Positions 26,457 through 38,980 of a DNA stretch of 64,000 bases are shown here, in pieces; the stretch's first letter is position 1; the number at the start of each line of letters is the position of its first letter. A model generated the notes under the pieces. That model was given only the letters and a program-made list of their open reading frames with translations, was not told where the DNA came from and made no database searches. The position numbers were made by a program, and so were the translations under genes. Location: NCBI GenBank assembly GCA_965655095.1, contig OZ296655.1, positions 62,372,001-62,436,000 of the forward strand. The letters are read 5' to 3'. Origin of the DNA: Haplodiscus bocki (lineage: Eukaryota).

Positions 26457-26700
26457 ATGAGTGAGGTTCTACGTTTGTGCCAGCAGCTGATGATACCGAA
26501 TGACACCCCAATAAATCCAACTACACGGAGGTTCCGAAAGCTGAATTAATTGTGTCACCCAGACAAAGGAGGAAATCAAGAAGCGTCTGTCCGGCTACAA
26601 CGGGTTCACCGAATTCCTACTGTCTAAGACGCCTGCAATGTAGATGAACTCGAAGGAAGCGAAGCTGCAGATAAAGTTCTCAGTTTCAGGATCAATCTAG
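26457..26700 (+). pseudogene. J-domain accessory ORF 2 of Gypsy B (HPDKGG intact)
   Basis: Single frame LCQQLMIPNDTPINPTTRRFRKLN*LCHPDKGGNQEASVRLQRVHRIPTV*DACNVDELEGSEAADKVL; HPDKGG is encoded at 26556-26573; two point stops. Confidence 0.85.
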
Positions 26701-26836
26701 ACTAATGTGTATTGTTTTTGCATGGGCGTCAGCAGAGGGTTGATTTCTTTGCTGTCTCATGATACAAACTTGCTGTCTTGTTTTGGTTGTTATCTTGTTT
26801 TGTTGCAATGAGGCTGACTTCTTTTTTAGAAGGGAA

Positions 26837-27292
26837 TAAAAAAAGATACCCCAAAAAAATATTTCGAGAAAATGGTTTAAAATGTCAATAAAAACGATAA
26901 GTTTACAATCGGCCAGATAATTATGATTATGTGACATGTCATAAATCTGGGCTGTGGAGTTTGACAGTTTTTTGCAGCGAATGTTGGTTTTCGACAAAGA
27001 ATATTTTCTATCTCGACAGCCTTCCGTCGGTTTTTGATCGTTGAGTTGAACAAAACCATAACCTTACCAGAAAACGGCGAGTTTCGTTTAACGCTATTTG
27101 CTGATAAGGGGTATATAAGCTAAATGAGGAGTCAACAGTTTTATTTTGTTGCCTGAGTTCTTCAAATTGCATTTTGAAACGCTACCTCTCTTCTTCAAAG
27201 AAAACAAACCTATTCATTTTTCAACGTTGAAACACATTCGCAAGAAATCCTCCGCAAACCTCTTTTTTTCCCAAGTTCGGCGGCAGACTATA
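26837..27292 (+). repeat. 3' LTR of Gypsy B, preceded by a polypurine tract (AGAAGGGAA, 26828-26836)
   Basis: Colinear similarity to 16506-16918; strongly diverged; no matching TSD found. Confidence 0.8.
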
Positions 27293-27599
27293 CTGTCAAA
27301 GCAATTCGTTTTGAAAAGGATCACATTTATCTGAACCCCAATGTTTTGTCTTAAGTTCGTTCGATTTCGTAGAACCAGGTTTTATACAATACGTACTGCC
27401 TGCGGATCGCTGCTGCTGGAAAAAATCTAAGTTTTTGGGTGTAGAAGTGACTCTTTCTGTACCTCTGGCTAACAACCATACGCGGCAATCAACCATACGC
27501 TCCTGCACAGGGTCCACGGCGTGTCTGCTTTTGCACTTCAGGTACTGCTTTACTCTTTCTTTACGTTCATATTGCAATATCTACCCATAGGTTTCTTTT

Positions 27600-30500
27600 C
27601 AGTATCCACAGTGTAACTGTTGAAGAAACCTCTTTATTACTTCAAATTGGCAAAGAATAGTGCACAAATGCACTCGGAATCCAATTATCACTCCACGATC
27701 TCCGAATTTATCCGAGCGAAGCAGACCGATTCGAACACTTTCATATCAAAGCCTAAGAAAGCAACACTAGAATGCTTACTAAAAAAAACCTTTTCGCAGC
27801 TGTCAAAAACGTTGAAACAATGTTCGACGTTTCTTGTTAATCTCTCAGGAAACAACAAAACTCTGCACAACATCAACTAGTCCAATTTTGATTTTCAATA
27901 ACCCGGTAGTGGCACAGAGGGAAACACACCTACAGTCACACTAGTTGGTGACAATCAAACATCACTCATTAAAGCAGTTACACAACCTCTGGAAAAGCGA
28001 GATTACGACAAGTTAGCGGATGAAGCAATTGTTTTATAAAATGACCCAGAAGCTTGTCCAAACAACATGGCTCAAATGTTCAACACTCTAAAAGTGCCCA
28101 AAACCACAGTGAAAATAGTTAATCGATTGGGACCTGCCAGTGCTGACATTAAAACCAGACATCGACCGCTTGAATTCACTCCTCTGTTGGTTTTACATAA
28201 AAGGACTGCGTTGGCGAATGCCCGTCCACTGAAGAGATTAACGATCTTTGTGAAAAAGGAACTTTCCTGGAGAGACGGTTCAAACAAAAAGACCTCCTGA
28301 CAGTTAGATATGAATTTTTGCTCGGGTTTGGATCGTAGCCTCCTCCGCGTTCGTGATCTGAAATTGTACTACGATGCCATTCTAGCGAAGGAGTCTGAAG
28401 ACTTCGATGCAGTTAAAGCTGAGTCGTAATGGCTAGTGTGTGTTGCAAACAATAACCAAAAATTTAAATACATTTTCCACTTTTGTGTCTTTTGAAAATC
28501 CGGGGCCTCTTTCCTGTGGTCAAACGAACGTCCCTCTTCGAATATCTTTCAAAACACTAAGAACAGCTGGCGTTCCTGACCGAAACAGGGTTAAAGGAAA
28601 CTTTCGATAACACTGACCTAATTTTGCTCAGCCAATTCGAAGTCGTATCAAGGAGCGAACAATTGAATGGAAATCATGGAGGGGTTGTGATTCATAAGCG
28701 AGTCTCCTCAGCAATCCAATTTCGTGCTAACGAACTCATGTCACAGATCGACTTCTGCTGTGCAATCAACTTTCACACCAATGAGCAGTTCCTCAGATTC
28801 CTTCTAGTCCACCTACCTCCCCAATCCAGGTGATAAGCAGTAAGTCCCAGAGAACTTACCTGATGTATTCAACACACGGTAACCAGCTTCTCAATATACC
28901 CCCGTGATAATGTAGAGCTTCATTCGGTGAGGGAGTTCAACCTGCCAAAAACCAACTGGTCAACTATGTGTAGCACCTGTCAATCTGAAGATTGTATCTT
29001 GAATATTCTGAATCACAATCTTCTTCACGCTCTAATAATTGATAGCAGTTACTCCGCTGGACATATGCCTGATAAAATGCTATGCTCAGATTTTTACAGC
29101 GTTTCATTTCTACGCATACATTCTAATGGCGCCTCCGATGACCATTATCCCTTACTCTATGGGACTTTCACTCGCCTTGTTTTTTTTTCAAATTTTAGTT
29201 TCACGTCTGCAGCCCAAACAGAAGCCTACCGAAATCAGTCCATTACAGTTGACTTCCCAAATTATCCTGACAGAGCTGTTAACAACTTGTACAGACAACT
29301 TTGGCTTACCATGTCACTTAGTTTTGACAAGAAAATGTCCAAGAGAAATTAGTCCCCCTTTTACTATTTTTCTCACACTATGCAATGTATGAGTATTGAA
29401 CCGACATTACAAAACAATTGCGTTAAAATTCCATCCCCATCCAATCTCAAGCTAATGAGTCAGTCTCGGGAATTTTTTGCCGAATCTCTTGAAATTGACT
29501 GACTGTTTCTTGAAAGCACCATAACGAACTTGGCTTCTGCTTGCCTGAAAGCTTTCCGATCTCTTTCAATTCAATCCATACCCTACCAAATGAACCTTGG
29601 GATTTCGAAATATACCATTTCGTATCCGAGTGCAAATAGCTTCAAATCGTTTTTTGTTGATAATTTATTTGAACAGTTTTACTCAGCGACCCCACCCAAG
29701 CTCATTTGGTATATCCGTTGCACGTATTCGATCTACTAGATTTTTTCAAGCCGGCTGGCATTGCTAAACTCCTAATAGCTCAAAAAACAATCTAGGACAA
29801 TTGCCACAATTTTCCGTCTAAGTTGTTAAATATGACCTCAGACGTCTTCTTTGAACTGCTTTGTCCTATGTTCTCATCACCATTGCTTTCCTTGAAATTC
29901 TCAGATAGTTGGAAAAATGCGTACCTCATCTCTTTTTCTAAAAGTGGTTCTCATTGCTCAGTTGACAATTATCGTCTTTTTAGTCTCCTATTTTTTTATC
30001 AACTGAGTTCAAGCGAACTGTATTCAAATTTTTAATCCGAACGTCAAACAGCAACTAATCTTGAACCGGTTCGGCTTCCAGTCTAAAAACAACTGTGCCA
30101 TACAGCTCCTCAACTAACAACAACAGATTTACCACATCAAAAAAGAGCTATTTTATTCAGTCCAGTGTAACTAGACAACTCAAAAGCAAGCGGCAAGGTT
30201 CTTCACAACGTTTTCTTCCACAAACTTGGCAAATTTGGCTTTGACGACGATTTCATCTTACTCCTAACATCATGTCACACAGATCGCCGACAAAGTGTAC
30301 TCCTCGATGGCTTTCATTTTGACACAAGCAATAATATCAGCGGTGTTCGGCAAGGCTGAGTCAAAGGCCCCTCTTTTTCTCCAGTTTATCAAAGGCTTAA
30401 CTGCTGTATTTCTTGATTGTCTTACATAGCTTATTGTGGACAACTTGAAACATTTATTCTCTTCGCAAAACATCTATGATGATTGTACACGTCTTTTCAA

Positions 30501-30760
30501 TAGGAATTTGGCCACTGAAAGGCTTTCGAACTCAACAAAAACGAAAACATTAATTTTCAAAGGCTCAATTTAAAACATGCGAATTAGGGTGCCTCGAAAA
30601 AGTGAGTCGACATAAAGATCTTAGGGTAAATTGCAGCTCAATTTTATAGTGTATTGAGCTTATCAATTACAAACTCATTGAGACGTGACGATCTTTTTAA
30701 AAACTGAAGAATACTATCCCATGGTCAACTCCCTCGAAGACAAAGTAAAAACCGTCTCTA
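27600..30760 (+). mobile_element. CR1/L2-type LINE (ORF1 + APE-RT ORF2), decayed
   Basis: ORF1 VNRLGP...RPL...IFVKKELS; APE FLTETGL, HGGVVI, REFNLPKTNW (GDFNLPxIDW), SDDHYP; RT WKNAYLISFSKSG...DNYRLFSLL, FGFQSK, LDNSKASGKV (LDFSKAFDKV), SGVRQG, IVDNLK (FADDLK). Confidence 0.85.
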
Positions 30761-31799
30761 CGCAGTATTGATAAATTATCAAAGTTTCTCCTTGCGACAG
30801 CTTTTGTCTCAGGGAAGACTTGCTCCTACTTTTGAGGTTTTAATTGCACCCAATTCCGCTTTTTGGATGAATTGTGTAGCCTAATACCTGCAGTGTGTGG
30901 TTTGTTTCTCGTAAATGTTTTCCCTTAATCAATTTTCGAGTCTTTCTTCCTCTCTCTCTCTTCTCGTTCGCCGCTTTGTTTAAATTGTCTGGGAGAAAAA
31001 ACACCGAGGTCTCTTTTGTTCGTGGCCAAATTCTTAAACCCCTAACCTGATTTTTTTTTACCACATTCGGGCTCTGGGCTCCAAAACGTTTCGTTCCATT
31101 CTAAGGCCCGACTTCGCCAAACGCAAAACGAGAACAGATGAAATCCTCTTGGTGTTTTGAGGCGATGGAAAAGTTTTTGTGGTTTCCCGCACCCTAAAAC
31201 GCTGTCTCCCATTCTCAAACTTTTTCTGAGAAAACTTGAAAGCGGTTTTCAGCATTCAGCTCTAAAACCCCTAAAACATCATCTCATCCTATACGGCAAC
31301 CACAAAAAGCAACCCAGGTGCAGAGTAGATTTTGTACGATTCAAGTTTCCTCAACATAAAAACAAGTTTTCATCGGACCATCAGGGCTCAACAAATGATC
31401 TTCCAGAATCTTGAGCTAAATTGTCTAGATCTACCTAAATTTTAGTTTCAGCACTATCAATGCTCTCTTATGAATAAGGGAACAACAACTTCGTCAATCG
31501 ATAGTAGCCGACATGAAGTTGAATGCACTGGTCAAGTCTTGTTTACGGCGGTTATGTTGTATGGACGTTGGTGTGGCTGTTCTCAAAAATTACGATTTTT
31601 TCATCCCAACCATTTCTCTTTGGCGTCTGTGCAGTTGAAACAGTTAACCATCTGAAGTTTCCAGCTGATGCTATTGGAATTTATTCGCAGCTCATAGAAA
31701 AACACTGTCTCAAGAATTTTACACTCCGTGAAAAAAAAGACCTTCGGGATCCTCGAAATGGGGAAACAGAAAACCCACATCAAAAAGAGACGACAGTTG

Positions 31800-34430
31800 T
31801 AGCGAAAACTGGATGGACCCTAATTAAAGTGGATCCTAATTAACTAACACCAGCAGGTTTCTGGAGAAGTTAGACGGAGACATTCAAAACATCCGATACG
31901 CGTTTTTTGAAGTCATGCGCTGGAAACCGAAGACTGCCAGGCTGAGGAAAAAAACAGGGAAATGTATCATCGACACACTTCATGTAATTCCCGATCAAAC
32001 AGCTGGATACATCGCATTTTCAAAAAGTTTCTGATTTTGCAAAGTTCATGCCTCACTCAAGCCTCGCTCGAACCAACGGTGAACAGGATGCGTTAGTCAT
32101 GATTGGATGACAACCTGACCGGTAGCTTTGAAATCTTCCTCAAAGAAGCGAAGGCGTTGCAATGACATGTCAAAATACAAGAAACCTAATGACTACGATG
32201 CGATGAACGACTTCGGCACGAAGATGACAGCCGGTAACTATTTCAACATACCAAGTGCACTGGTCACAGAAACGGAAGCCTTCCTTACGCGAAAAAGGAG
32301 GAAAAACAGATTTTGCAAAGAAAACACCCTAAACACGTAGCAGTGGGGAATTATGACGTCACAAATACTACAGACTGAATTCGTGGACGTCATTTTATCA
32401 CCTTCGAAAGGACAAGTGTTCCTCCAATCAACAAAAGCTCCCCTTAGCGGCACATAAATACCATGGGCCATCTGGTTTCGAGTCGAATAATTGGGGCCAA
32501 ACGATCTCAAACCCAAGTAGGCCGTCGACAAACCTCGGTAACACATTTGCAAAAGTTGCACAACTATTAGCTACAAATAGCCTCCGTGATGGTTGACAGA
32601 CGTTATTCAAACACCTCTTGTTGCATACTCGGTGACAAAAACACTGAAAATGGCCAATAGATGTCGGTGATATTCTGGAACGCTTCATGGGGAGAAAGTT
32701 TTCAAAAGTTTTTGGCATGGATTCAAACCTTTTAGTCCAAACGAGCAACTTTGTCTGAGTCAGAGACTCAGCATCGAACATGCTAAGGCAAATTCCGCAC
32801 GAACTTTGATCGAACAGAGAGCTAGGCGAGTTTTCTGATTGGTGCTGAAAACGCCATCAACAATTTGAATAGAAGTCTTGCATTGCAGATTATCGAACAA
32901 ATCTGTCCCATGAAAACCACAGCCTTGCGAAGCTCACACGGATCACTGCCAACAATGTATGGAAACGGCAAAATCTTTTAGTCTCAAGAGAAAGCATTGC
33001 AGGTGTATCCCCGGCTTTGGCCTTGTATAGCCGAGCACTGTTTTTTTCCATCGATCTATTTGAAAAATCCGAAGTGAGCCAAAAGGAATACGAGGACAAC
33101 GCAAACGCAGTAGCAAGCTTGAAATCGCTTCTAAATTCACATCAAATCCTGGAGCCGCTTTCGGATCCAACAACCTGTGAGACCACCTAGTTGCCACATG
33201 GAGCTGCACAGAGAAGGCATGGAACAATTCAGGAACATGGACATCGAAATAATTGACGAACACTGTTCTTGTTATCTGTTTTTGGATCGACGAGATCATC
33301 AAAAAAACTGCCGTAAAAGAGCGGAAAAAACTCATAGTTTTACAAAACTTGCGCCACACGCAAAAAAAATTAGCCCAAAAAGTTTATCATGCGTTTTATG
33401 ATTGTGCCAGACGTAAGCTCACTTTTCACTCGAAGGAAAATCACACAAAAAATGGTCTGCAAAAAATCCACGCGATGACAACACAAAACTTGAAACCCAA
33501 TATCACTGGCCGTAGCTTTCTTCGTTTTTCAACGCCTATAATTAAGGGGGCTTGAAGATCTCGAAGTTGGATGATATGGGCAACAACAAGGGCTGTTCGG
33601 TATTCTCAACATCAGAGTTAGCTGCAAAAAAGCAGTATAAAATAGTACACCGGATCGAAATGTGGAAGAAGAAATGCAGAAGCTAAAACTCACTGCCTCA
33701 ACACATGTGCTAGATGAGAGTGAGCAGCACCTTGTCTCACTAGTTGATGCAAGAGGAGCATCAAATTGGATTGCTCTTTTGTTCTTGATGCGACACAGGT
33801 TCAACATCAACAAATTGGAATTTCCGTGAAAGTTACGTGCTGAAAGCAAAGAATAGCTTCTATTCATCACTGTGGACATTTTTTTACTGTTGCCTATTCC
33901 CTGCTACATCTCAAGGGAAACTACGCCCTTATGCCATATGACGAGGCAGGAGATAAATTTGCGAAAATCATGGAACGTATTTGCTATGACGTCGAAGTAA
34001 TGTCGAAATTACAAGAGTCAGATACTTCGATCACAAATTGACATACACTGAGGACGAATCTCATTTGATCACCAAAAGCGCTGTCTCGGAGAATCCAGAC
34101 TGTGCAAAGCGTACTCTGAGATCAAGATTTTCACTCATTCCGAAAGATAGGGCCCAGAATTTATCAAAAATCTTTACAAGTTTTTTGAAACACCAAAAAA
34201 ACTGAAATAAGAAAAAAGATTACTAGATGTAGAAAAGGGCACCTTGGATCAGCTAGTTTTTGCATGCAGTGAAAATGCAGGGTCTTCTGATCCGAAGGTA
34301 TTTCAGGGCATGCACTGAATGTTAGTAAAAACGTCAGGATAGCTAATCTGATGCGTTAAGCTACGTCAAGAAGAATGTTTTTTCACTCTGCTACGCGAAT
34401 CCGTACGTTTGTCCCCCCAAAAGCAATTAA
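31800..34430 (+). mobile_element. CRE-clade non-LTR retrotransposon (RT + C-terminal restriction-like endonuclease), decayed
   Basis: GPSGFESNNW (GPSGLDAxxW), PIDVGDILER (RPIGVGEVLRR), QLCLSQ, IGAENAINNLNR (DASNAFNSLNR); RLE tail DVEV..KLQ, EKRLLDVEKGTLDQLVFACSENAG (RIxEVEHGSFTPLVFSxTGG). Confidence 0.8.
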
Positions 34431-34519
34431 ATTTTGAAAACGATTCCAGTGTAGAGAAACGAAGTGATGTAACACTTCATCTCAACCTTTGAAATTTTGC
34501 TCATTGAACAGTTTTTTAG

Positions 34520-36900
34520 GGGAACAAATTTGTTGGTTACCACATTTGGTAAGAAGTCGTCTACTAAAGGTCTCAGCGAAACTTCTTAAAGGAATGACCG
34601 ACAGCCCAAGTGATCCGCATGCATAACTACCATGAAGATATTTTTTTTCAACACTGTTTGCCACACGACGGAGGACTTGCGTTTCGTTTTGGCTCCGGTT
34701 TCTTCCATGAAAGAATGGAAATTTTCATGTCGTTTCTTTGTGGAGGTCTTCAAAATCGAAATAAAAAAACACTGAACGAGTTTTTGTGTTTCTGCATCTT
34801 GCTTATTTTTTTTAAAAAAATAGTTTTCTGAAAGAGATGGATACCTTAATGCAGGAATCAAAAAAAATTAGAGAGCCTTGTGTCAAGCCTGGTGGCATAA
34901 AACTTAGTTTTTTGAAACATTTTTTTATAGAAGCTCTCTAAAAACTACTAAAAAACTATGTTTCTCTCAAATAACAGTAACATTAGACAGACGGAACTTA
35001 CTGAAAACTCTTTGACCGCAATCGATCCTGTAGTACACAACAGTTTCTATGACATTTTGGACAGTATTGCCATCAAGCTGACAATGACTGACCGTTTTTT
35101 TTTAATTTTTCTGGAGTTTTCGTTCCCTAGAACAAAGACCTGTGAAAGAGAAAGTTGCCCAAAAACCGATAAAAGGATCCAAAACAAAACTTCATACTTT
35201 CCTGGTATGTCTTCATGCTGAATTGAGCAAAACAATTACCTTTTAAACTTGATGTGGACGCTGCAGTGTTATATTTGTTTGAAAGTATCGAATCAACAGA
35301 GGAATCATCCTCAACAGAGGAAAATTAGGAAGCAAAACTTTAAACTTGACCAATTACTGATCAAGCTAATTACAAAAAGAAATTAGTTGCACCGTTTTCT
35401 GAGCACTTTTCCAAACAATTATTAACAAAACTGCGTGTAGAAAAACTCGTGAACAAGTTGCAATCGGGAATCGGCACGATGAAAAAGTCTATTTACTATT
35501 GATGGTAAATGCATGATCGATCCTAAGCAATTCTTCAGACGTCTACATGAAGGTTTCAAAAAACAGTTCAACAGGCGCCTAATCTTTATTCACTGGATGA
35601 TGTCACACTTTTGCTGTCACCGATTGAAGTAGCCCAAGAGCTCATTGAATCTTTTGTTAACCGAAAAGAAAATTGTTGCAATTAACCCCAAATGGTTTAG
35701 ATACATCACTACCTTCTGGACTAAACTTCAGCTCTGTGTTTCTGGAATCTGGAAGTGGACACTGCAACCAAAATCGATTAAGTACATGACTCATTTTCCA
35801 AAAACAACCCACAAATTGACAAATTCTCCGCAAAAGTCGTTAAGCATGGTTTCCCGTACTTAATCTTTTCATAACTCAAACAATTAAAATTTAATTTTCT
35901 CCCGAATTGGCTCTTTTTCCAATTTTCTCAAGTTGGCTCCTCTAGCATCTGTTCTCAAATCCATACAGTAGGAATTGCTTAAAACTATCGACTTGTCTCA
36001 TTTCGCTAATGTTTGCGTAAAGTATGTGAAAAAAGTCTCTAAAGCTTTTGAAAAAAAAGTGATCCTGAACACTTTGGGTTGAGGCCGCGGCTTTGAACCA
36101 AAGAAGCCTTGGCTGAAATCACAGAGAAGTTTCGGCGTTCATGACAATCCATGCCGAAATGTTTTGTGTTTTTTTATTTTATAAAAGCGCTTGACACAGT
36201 AATTACCAATTTTTTTGATAAAAAGGGAATCTGTAGTGTTAAAGGATATGTACTTATAAAACCGAGAAATAATTTCCACAATTTGACATCAGTGAATTAA
36301 AATTGACTACATTAGCTCCACGGTCAGGGAAAAATGTCCCCGTGTTTTGTAAGCTTCCAACTTTTGACATCTGCTGTTTGTCGTTTTTCATCTTGATGGT
36401 GACACGAAAATGATGCTACAAAAAATCGAATGAGATGGCTTTCAAATTGACTAAGCTTGGTTTGAACCGACAGTCCCGATATTTGAATATCATCAGATTG
36501 ATGCTCATTTTTGAGAAATTATAATTTTTTGTTTCAAGAATGCAATGAAAGCGTTTCTCAATGTCATTGCACGAAGTATTTCAGCATGTGAACCTAGCAT
36601 TCACTTATTAATTTAGGATTGTTTGGTCCAAGTTGAAACTAAACAAAAAATGTTTTCTGTTGGAAAACCATGGTAGAAACGTTTCTTTTCTGCCATCCTC
36701 CGTCATTGCGTGTCAAAAAGTTAACCCTAAAATAGTGCATATATGAAGGGAAACCTATAAGTCTCCATGGAACATTGATTACCGAAACTACAACTGCACC
36801 ATTAAAAACCTAGTTCTGCCGCTTGGAAAAAGCATGTGAAAAACTCTACGCCTGATAATTTTGGAGACATAATTTTTTCCAGCACTAGTTTTGATTCAAC
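34520..36900 (+). mobile_element. Second APE-type LINE (CR1/L2/Daphne-like), heavily decayed
   Basis: VSAKLL/SET-like motif, GGLAF, TELTENSLTAID (TRxTxxSxTxID), NYRLVS, HFGLRPR, IKALDTV (SKAFDTV). Confidence 0.7.
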
Positions 36901-38559
36901 TAGGTGGAAAGCCTATTGTACTTGAGCGTTAGAAAAATGACTTACGTCTTCTCAAAGTGACTATTTTTGTGGCTTTTTCATTTAGGTTTTCCATCAAAAC
37001 ACCATCTACTTAGAAACGCGCAGTGTAGCCACAGGAAACTTCAAGACACCAAAAATTACATAATTTTGTTCCTGAACAAATCCAAAACATGCTTCTTTTA
37101 ACTTTCGGAAAAGTATGTTGAGGACTGAGAAGTAACGACTCTTGAAAACTCGCTGACGAAGTAAAAGCGCATTCATTTTTCCTCTTGTTGTGACTTGCTT
37201 AGCGTTCCTTTTTCGACAAGGAAACATGGATTTTTGGAGAGTCCCTCACTAGCGTTTTTTATGAGAATCGTTTATTTAAAGGTGTTGTAAGAAGCAAAGC
37301 AGTCCTTTTGGTTTTGTAGTGAAAGTTCGTAAGATGTTGTACAACAGTGTTCTGACCTTTCATGGGTTTAAATGTTTCGGATTCAGTCCATCGGGTTCGA
37401 CGGAGTTACGTAACCAGGCAATGTTATGTGGTTTTTCTAGGGTGGCCAGGCACTTCAGAATAATGCAAAACGTTGTGCCTCAGTTGAGGAGCTTGGAGAT
37501 AGAAATGTGCTGCTCGTTGAACCCTCTGCATGCCAGCATGTTTTTGGTAGTTTTGTTCCGTTGTTCCAGCGTTGGGTACTGATCATCAAAGAGGAGCTTT
37601 GATTCTTCCCCAAAAACAAAAAACTGGGGTGTGTAGCCTGTCAATTCGTGTACCGAAGTGCAAAGAGCCATCATCAATTATAAGAGTTGCTGAGTCCACC
37701 TGCCTTCGAAATCAGTGACAATTTCTCCCAAAATGTTCAGTCAGAATCGCTTCATTCGTTCACTAACGGAATTACGGCATTTGTTTGTGCGTGTTTTATC
37801 AACTTGGACAGAGTGTATGAGATTTCGGAAGAGTTTAGATTCAAAGTCTCAGCCCTGTGTGCGTGCTCAAGGGAACGTCAAACGGCGAATTCATGGCTCA
37901 GGTAGGGCTGTAGCAAAGACTTTAGCTGTGGCATCCGGCAATAGAACTGTCTCATACAACTTGTTGTAAATATTTGCCAAAGAATACTAGGTAGGAGTTT
38001 TCTATGTGAAAACGGAAGTTGTGCAAGCGAATCAAAACCAATAAAAGCAAAAGCGATACCGGGGGCCAATTGACGAAACTGTGTCTATAGTTTAGCTTAG
38101 GGCTGTTGCGTTGTTGACAAGCAAGACAACTTGAGACGACCCATTCCCATCATCATTCCTATGTCCGGGCCATGAAAACCTAGTTCGCAGATTTTCGAGA
38201 GCTTTTATAACACCTAAATGGGCAATCGTTGATGAATTGTGCATTGATTCTAAAATTAGGGCTTTCATTGTTGTTGAAACAAATTGATGTAGGTGATTTT
38301 AGCGTGTTCTTGAACCTTCAAAACTTCGGCACATGATTTCATTTACGGCTTTGAAAGAATCAAAACTGCTCCAGAGAAACAAGTGACCCTTGACTGGCCT
38401 GGCAAGATTGGAAGATGATGTTGTTTCCTATTCCTGACCGATGAATTACCAGTGCTAAGCATCCAGTTGTCTTTCTGTGCTTTTTGCATCTCATTTCTGA
38501 TCCTGTTTTTTTTCTGTGTCCCGTTAGGACAACTTCTAGCTACTCCAGCGGCTTTTAAA

Positions 38560-38980
38560 CCGTTAATGTGTTTGTCGAATTGTGGAAAGTTTTTGTAATG
38601 AGTTTTTTATACCTTTCGACCAAATAAGACGGTCGAGTCCCTTCAACCGTCTAAGTACAAGTATCTTTCGATTTTGAATTTCTGCTTATGTTGCATAATG
38701 ACTTTCAATGCTGCACGTAGAGATCTGGAGATCGATTTGTATTAACATCCAAAAGGTATCAAGTTATAAACGAATCTTTTTGGAGCAATTTGTCTTGCAT
38801 AAATTTGCTCTTTTAACGCTTTCCACTCCAACTTTGGGCACATTGTTGGGATTTAATGACAAATCTACTTGGCCTTACCTGCTGCAATCTTGAAATCTGG
38901 TAGAAAGCAATTGGGTTTTGATTTATCGAATCAAATGGGTCTTCACTCACTTCTAAAAATTCAAACATCTTTGACTTCTC
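38560..38980 (-). pseudogene. TARG1-like macrodomain within Gypsy C pol, between RNase H and integrase (copy 1)
   Basis: Across frameshifts: EVSEDPFD...PDFKIAAGKAK...KRFVYNLI...YKSISRSLRAALKVIMQH...GLDRLIWSKV*KLITKTFHNSTNTLTV, versus TARG1 GDLF...DxxMGAGIA...RYIYYLIT...KPTYENLQKSL...GLDRLQWENV...VFEATDIKITV. Confidence 0.8.

Larger units (their letters stand above)
16506..27292 (+). mobile_element. Ty3/Gypsy LTR retrotransposon B with env-like and J-domain accessory genes (both LTRs present, decayed)
   Basis: Homologous LTRs at both ends, PBS-like and PPT-like signals, gag-pol, env-like ORF and two J-domain ORFs. Confidence 0.9.

Noticed and set aside
16501-27297. Target-site duplication for Gypsy B
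   Set aside because: Flanks TTTAC and CTGTC do not match; boundaries rest on LTR homology, PBS and PPT only.
30770-31800. Possible further retroelement fragment between the LINE and the CRE element
   Set aside because: No diagnostic motif recognised on either strand.
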